Of a stretch of 27,874 nt of DNA, positions 24,260-27,874 are shown piece by piece (positions within the stretch are counted from its first letter, which is position 1; every line of letters starts with the position of its first letter). The DNA comes from Candidatus Sericytochromatia bacterium (lineage in GTDB: Bacteria > Cyanobacteriota > Sericytochromatia > S15B-MN24 > UBA4093): contig JAKFBU010000042.1 in assembly GCA_036676985.1 (NCBI GenBank), positions 1 through 27,874 of the forward strand, read 5' to 3'. The position numbers and the translations under genes are program-made. The notes below the pieces were generated by a model, which did no database searches, was not told the DNA's origin, and saw only the letters and a program-made list of their open reading frames with translations.

Positions 24260-26392
24260 ATGACCCATTCGATCGTGAGAGCCTGCGCCATGTCCTCGAG
24301 CCTCGTCAGCCCCCGCCATGCGTCCATCGTCGAAGCCCTGTCCCACCATGCCCGGACGAAGCCGGAGCAAGCCGCCTACACCTTCCTGGACGAGGCAGGC
24401 GAGCCGTCCGCGACCCTCACGTTCCGCCAGCTGCGGGACCGCGCGCTCGCGGTGGCCCACCACCTCCTCGCCGAGGGCTTGCGCGGCGAGCGCGTCCTGT
24501 TGCTCTTCCCACCCGGGCTCGACTTCATCGCGGCCTTCTACGGCTGCCTCTACGCAGGGGTGGTCGCCGTCCCCTGCTATCCTCACCTCAACACCCGGGG
24601 GATGGCCAAGCTCGACGGCATCATCCGGGATGCGGACGCCCGGGCGGCCCTGAGCGTAGGCTCCCTCATGCCGAGCCTCCGGACCGCCGGTCTTCCGGTG
24701 CCCTGCTGGGCCATCGACGAGCTCCAAGCAGGCTCGGCCGCCGAGATCCCGCTCGTCGCCGATGGCCTAGCCTTCCTGCAGTACACCTCCGGCTCGACCT
24801 CCGCCCCCAAGGGGGTCATGGTGAGCCACGCCAACATCGTGGCCAACCAGGAGGGCATCCGCTCGGTGTTCAAGACGACCGAGTCGGACGTGGTCCTCGG
24901 CTGGCTGCCCGTGTACCACGACATGGGGCTCATCGGCATCGTCATGCACCCGGTGTACATGGGCGTCTCCTGCGTGCTCATGGCGCCGACCACTTTCATT
25001 CGCCGCCCCATGGCATGGCTGGAGGGCATCTCGACCCACCGCGCGACCATCAGTGGCGGCCCAAACTTCGCCTATGACCTCTGCGCGCGGCAGGCGACGG
25101 CCCAGAACCTCACGGGGCTGGACCTCAGTTCCTGGCGCCTGGCCTTCAGCGGCGCCGAGCCCGTGAGCGCCCAGAGCCTCGATCGCTTCGCCGCGGCCTA
25201 CCAGTCGGCGAGCTTCCGGGCCCAGGCCTTCCTGCCCTGCTACGGCATGGCCGAGACCACGCTCATCGCGACGGGAATTCCCGCCGGCGACGGGGCTTCG
25301 AGCCTCGCCGTGGACGCCGAGGCCCTGGCAACGGGCCACGTCCAGCCCGCGGCGGCACCGGACGACGCCCGGCGGCTCGTCAGCTGCGGCCCGGTGATCC
25401 CTCAGCACCGGCTCGCCGTCGTCGACCCCGCGACGCTCGAGCGCTTGGCCGACGGCCGTGTCGGCGAGATCTGGATCGCAGGCCCGAGCGTCTCGTCGGG
25501 CTACTGGCGGCGGCAGGAGCTGACGCAGCAGGTGTTCGGCCAATGCCTCGGCAGCGAGGGGGGCTACCTGCGCACCGGCGACCTCGGGGTCGTGCAGGAC
25601 GGCCAGGTGTACGTGACCGGGCGCCTCAAGGACCTGCTCATCATCCGCGGCCGCAACCACTACCCGCAGGACATCGAGGAGACGGTGGCCACCGTGGGCT
25701 CGCCCGTCCGCGAGGGGGGCGTGGCCGCGACCGCGACCGAGGTGGACGGCAAGGAAGAGCTCGTGGTGGTGGCCGAGGTGGGCCGCCACTGCGACCCCTC
25801 GACCGTCAAGTGGGTCTGCGACGCCATCCGCCGGGTGGTCGCCGAGGAGCACGGCGTCTCGCCCTACGCCGTCGTCCTCCTGAGGGCCGGTCACCTACCC
25901 AAGACCACGAGCGGCAAGATCCAGCGGAGCGCATGCCGCCAGGGCTTCGAGAGCCGAGGCTTCGAGGCCTTCGTCTACGACGTCGCGGAGACCGTCGAGG
26001 CCGCGGGTCCCTCGATCCGCGCGCAGGTCGAGTCCGCGGCCCCCGGCGAACGGACGGACCTGCTCGAGCGCTACGTGCGCGAGCGCCTGGCCCGCAAGCT
26101 CAACCGCCGACTGGAGGACATCCCCGCCGACCAGGGCCTCTTTGCGCTGGCGCTCGACTCCCTGGGGGTCACGGAGCTCAAGGTCATGCTCGAGCAGGAG
26201 TTCGGCGTGGGCCTTGCCCTCTCCCTGATGCGCTCCGACCCGAGCCCGCGGACGATCGCCCGGTACCTCGTCGAGCGTCTCGACGAGGCCACCCCCTCCG
26301 AGGCGTCGAGCGAGATGCCCATCCAGGTCGACGACCTCTCGGACAGCGAGGTGGACCGCATGCTCGCCCAGATGATGGCGGGACAAGGCTAG
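24260..26392 (+). CDS. Fatty acyl-AMP ligase - acyl carrier protein didomain (lipoinitiation module); alternative start at 24290
   Basis: FLQYTSGSTSAPKG, GWLPVYHDMGLIG, CYGMAETTL, FAAL-type insertion (LAVDAEALATGHVQPAA), YLRTGDLG, GRLKDLLIIRGRNHYPQDIE, LPKTTSGKIQR. ACP ALALDSLGVTELK. Acidic C-terminal tail. Confidence 0.95.
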   Translation: MTHSIVRACAMSSSLVSPRHASIVEALSHHARTKPEQAAYTFLDEAGEPSATLTFRQLRDRALAVAHHLLAEGLRGERVLLLFPPGLDFIAAFYGCLYAGVVAVPCYPHLNTRGMAKLDGIIRDADARAALSVGSLMPSLRTAGLPVPCWAIDELQAGSAAEIPLVADGLAFLQYTSGSTSAPKGVMVSHANIVANQEGIRSVFKTTESDVVLGWLPVYHDMGLIGIVMHPVYMGVSCVLMAPTTFIRRPMAWLEGISTHRATISGGPNFAYDLCARQATAQNLTGLDLSSWRLAFSGAEPVSAQSLDRFAAAYQSASFRAQAFLPCYGMAETTLIATGIPAGDGASSLAVDAEALATGHVQPAAAPDDARRLVSCGPVIPQHRLAVVDPATLERLADGRVGEIWIAGPSVSSGYWRRQELTQQVFGQCLGSEGGYLRTGDLGVVQDGQVYVTGRLKDLLIIRGRNHYPQDIEETVATVGSPVREGGVAATATEVDGKEELVVVAEVGRHCDPSTVKWVCDAIRRVVAEEHGVSPYAVVLLRAGHLPKTTSGKIQRSACRQGFESRGFEAFVYDVAETVEAAGPSIRAQVESAAPGERTDLLERYVRERLARKLNRRLEDIPADQGLFALALDSLGVTELKVMLEQEFGVGLALSLMRSDPSPRTIARYLVERLDEATPSEASSEMPIQVDDLSDSEVDRMLAQMMAGQG

Positions 26393-26394
26393 TC

Positions 26395-27874
26395 ATGCAG
26401 CTCGAAGGGCTCACGCCGGATCAGAAGCGGGCGCTCCTCAAGGAGCTCCTGGCCAAGCAAGAGCGGACGTTCGCCCTCTCCGAGGGCCAGCATGCCGTCT
26501 GGGTGGCGCACGAACTGCGTGGGGTCCGGGACGGCTTCCACATGCTGAGCCGCACGGACTACGACGCCCCCCGTGATCCGCTCGTCCTGGCGGCGGCGCT
26601 CGACTTCCTGTGCGAGCGCCATCCGGCGTTGCGCACGGTGGTGGCCGTCCAGGACGGCGTGCCCGTGCAAGAGGTCCGGGACCCCCTGCCCGTGCCCTTC
26701 ACCACCGAGGACGGCACGGCCCTCACCCTCGAAGCGGCGCATGAGCGCCTCATGGCCGAACTCCACCGCCCGTTCGACTGGGCTCGGGGGCCCTTCCTGC
26801 GGGCATGCCTCATGCTCCTGCCCGGCGGGCGGCAGACGCTCCTCCTCTCGACGCACCACGTGGCCATGGACCTCTGGGCCACCACCCGGCTGGCCCAGGA
26901 GCTCGAAGAGGCCTACCAGGCGATCCAGCGCGGTGAGACACCCGCTCTCCCGCCGCCGGCAGGCACGTTCAAGGAGTTCGTCCGGCGCGAGCAGGCCTTC
27001 TTGAAGAGCGACGAGGCCGAGCGCCAGTGGGAGTACTGGCGCGATCAGTTGATGGGCGAGCTGCCGGTGCTGCAGTTGCCGACGGATCGCCCGCGCCCGC
27101 CCCACCAGAGCGGCCACAGTGCCAGCGTCCCGCTGAGCGTCTCTCCGGAATTGGCCGAGCGCCTCGTGACCGTGGCCCAGGGCCTGGGCACCACGCCGTT
27201 CACGCTCCTCCTGGGGGCCTTCCAGGTGCTGCTGCACCGCTACTCGGGACAAGCCGCGATCATCGTGGGCGCTCCGACGCACGGTCGCGAGTATGCGGGG
27301 GCCGCCGAGGTGGCGGGCAGCTTCATCAACATGCTCCCGATCAAGGCCGAGTTCGGATCGGACCCCACCTTCACCGAGTTCCTGGCCCGGCTGCACGACA
27401 CGGTCCTGGACGCCCGCGCCCACTCGGAGCTGCCCTTCGCGCGTCTGGTGAGCCGGTTGCAGGTCACCCGCGACGCCGCCCGCTCCCCGGTCTTCCAGGC
27501 CACGTTCTCGCTGGAGGTCTCAAGGGGCCAGCTCAAGGCATCCCACCCCGATCTGGCAGCGCTCAGGGGCGTGCCGGGGGACGGCTTCACCTTCTATCAG
27601 GATGTCGGGGCCTCGGACCTCGCCATGACCCTGGTCAAGAGCCCGACGGGCATCGCCGGCGGCCTCGCCTACGCCACGGACCTGTTCGACGAGGAGACCA
27701 TCCGGCGCATGGGCCGGCACTTCCAGGCCCTGCTGGAGGGCATCGTCCAGGGCCCCGAGCGCCGGATCTCCGAGCTGGAGCTACTGGCCCCGGAGGAGCG
27801 GCACCTCCTCCTGCAGGGCTGGAACGACACCATGGCTCCTTGCCCCGAGTGCACGCTCCACGCCCTCTTCGAGG
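26395..27874 (+). CDS. Non-ribosomal peptide synthetase: N-terminal condensation domain and entry to an adenylation domain; 3'-truncated
   Basis: Not in the ORF track because there is no stop in the window. Manual translation from ATG 26395: MQLEGLTPDQKRALL...FALSEGQ...ERHPALRT...RPFDWARGPFLR...THHVAMDLW...YWRDQL.G.LPVLQLPTDRPRP...TTPFTLLLGAFQVLLHRYSGQ...FINMLPI...ELPF..LV...YATDLFDEETI.RM..HF..LL...WNDT...LHALFE. Confidence 0.95.
   Translation, partial: MQLEGLTPDQKRALLKELLAKQERTFALSEGQHAVWVAHELRGVRDGFHMLSRTDYDAPRDPLVLAAALDFLCERHPALRTVVAVQDGVPVQEVRDPLPVPFTTEDGTALTLEAAHERLMAELHRPFDWARGPFLRACLMLLPGGRQTLLLSTHHVAMDLWATTRLAQELEEAYQAIQRGETPALPPPAGTFKEFVRREQAFLKSDEAERQWEYWRDQLMGELPVLQLPTDRPRPPHQSGHSASVPLSVSPELAERLVTVAQGLGTTPFTLLLGAFQVLLHRYSGQAAIIVGAPTHGREYAGAAEVAGSFINMLPIKAEFGSDPTFTEFLARLHDTVLDARAHSELPFARLVSRLQVTRDAARSPVFQATFSLEVSRGQLKASHPDLAALRGVPGDGFTFYQDVGASDLAMTLVKSPTGIAGGLAYATDLFDEETIRRMGRHFQALLEGIVQGPERRISELELLAPEERHLLLQGWNDTMAPCPECTLHALFE

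Overview
A GC-rich bacterial window with about 21 credible genes and no rRNA, tRNA, CRISPR array or transposase. From left to right it holds: (i) a 5'-truncated STAND/MalT-like regulator (Walker A/B, TPR-like middle, C-terminal wHTH/BTAD-like module); (ii) a translationally coupled three-gene lipoprotein operon (Ig-like protein, 1008-aa double NHL-propeller protein, IPT/TIG protein), two members of which share an N-terminal domain I do not recognise; (iii) a convergent minus-strand lipid-handling operon (intradiol dioxygenase-like protein, ACP-FAAL-PlsC trifunctional enzyme, alpha/beta-hydrolase lipoprotein, MFS transporter) and an orphan PAS-PAS histidine kinase; (iv) two more beta-propeller lipoproteins and a MarR gene with a perfect 18-bp palindromic operator plus its partner gene; (v) two hypothetical proteins without signal peptides and a Pro-rich lipoprotein; (vi) the start of a lipopeptide NRPS cluster (type II thioesterase, Sfp-type PPTase, FAAL-ACP, and an NRPS condensation domain running off the 3' end that is absent from the ORF track). 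Two REP-like palindromic elements and several clear promoter and terminator motifs lie in intergenic DNA. The best candidates for undescribed biology are the modular lipoprotein family with the shared N-terminal domain, the ACP-FAAL-PlsC/hydrolase/MFS operon, the NRPS cluster, and the two possibly exported orphan proteins. All family assignments come from motifs read by eye, not from database searches.
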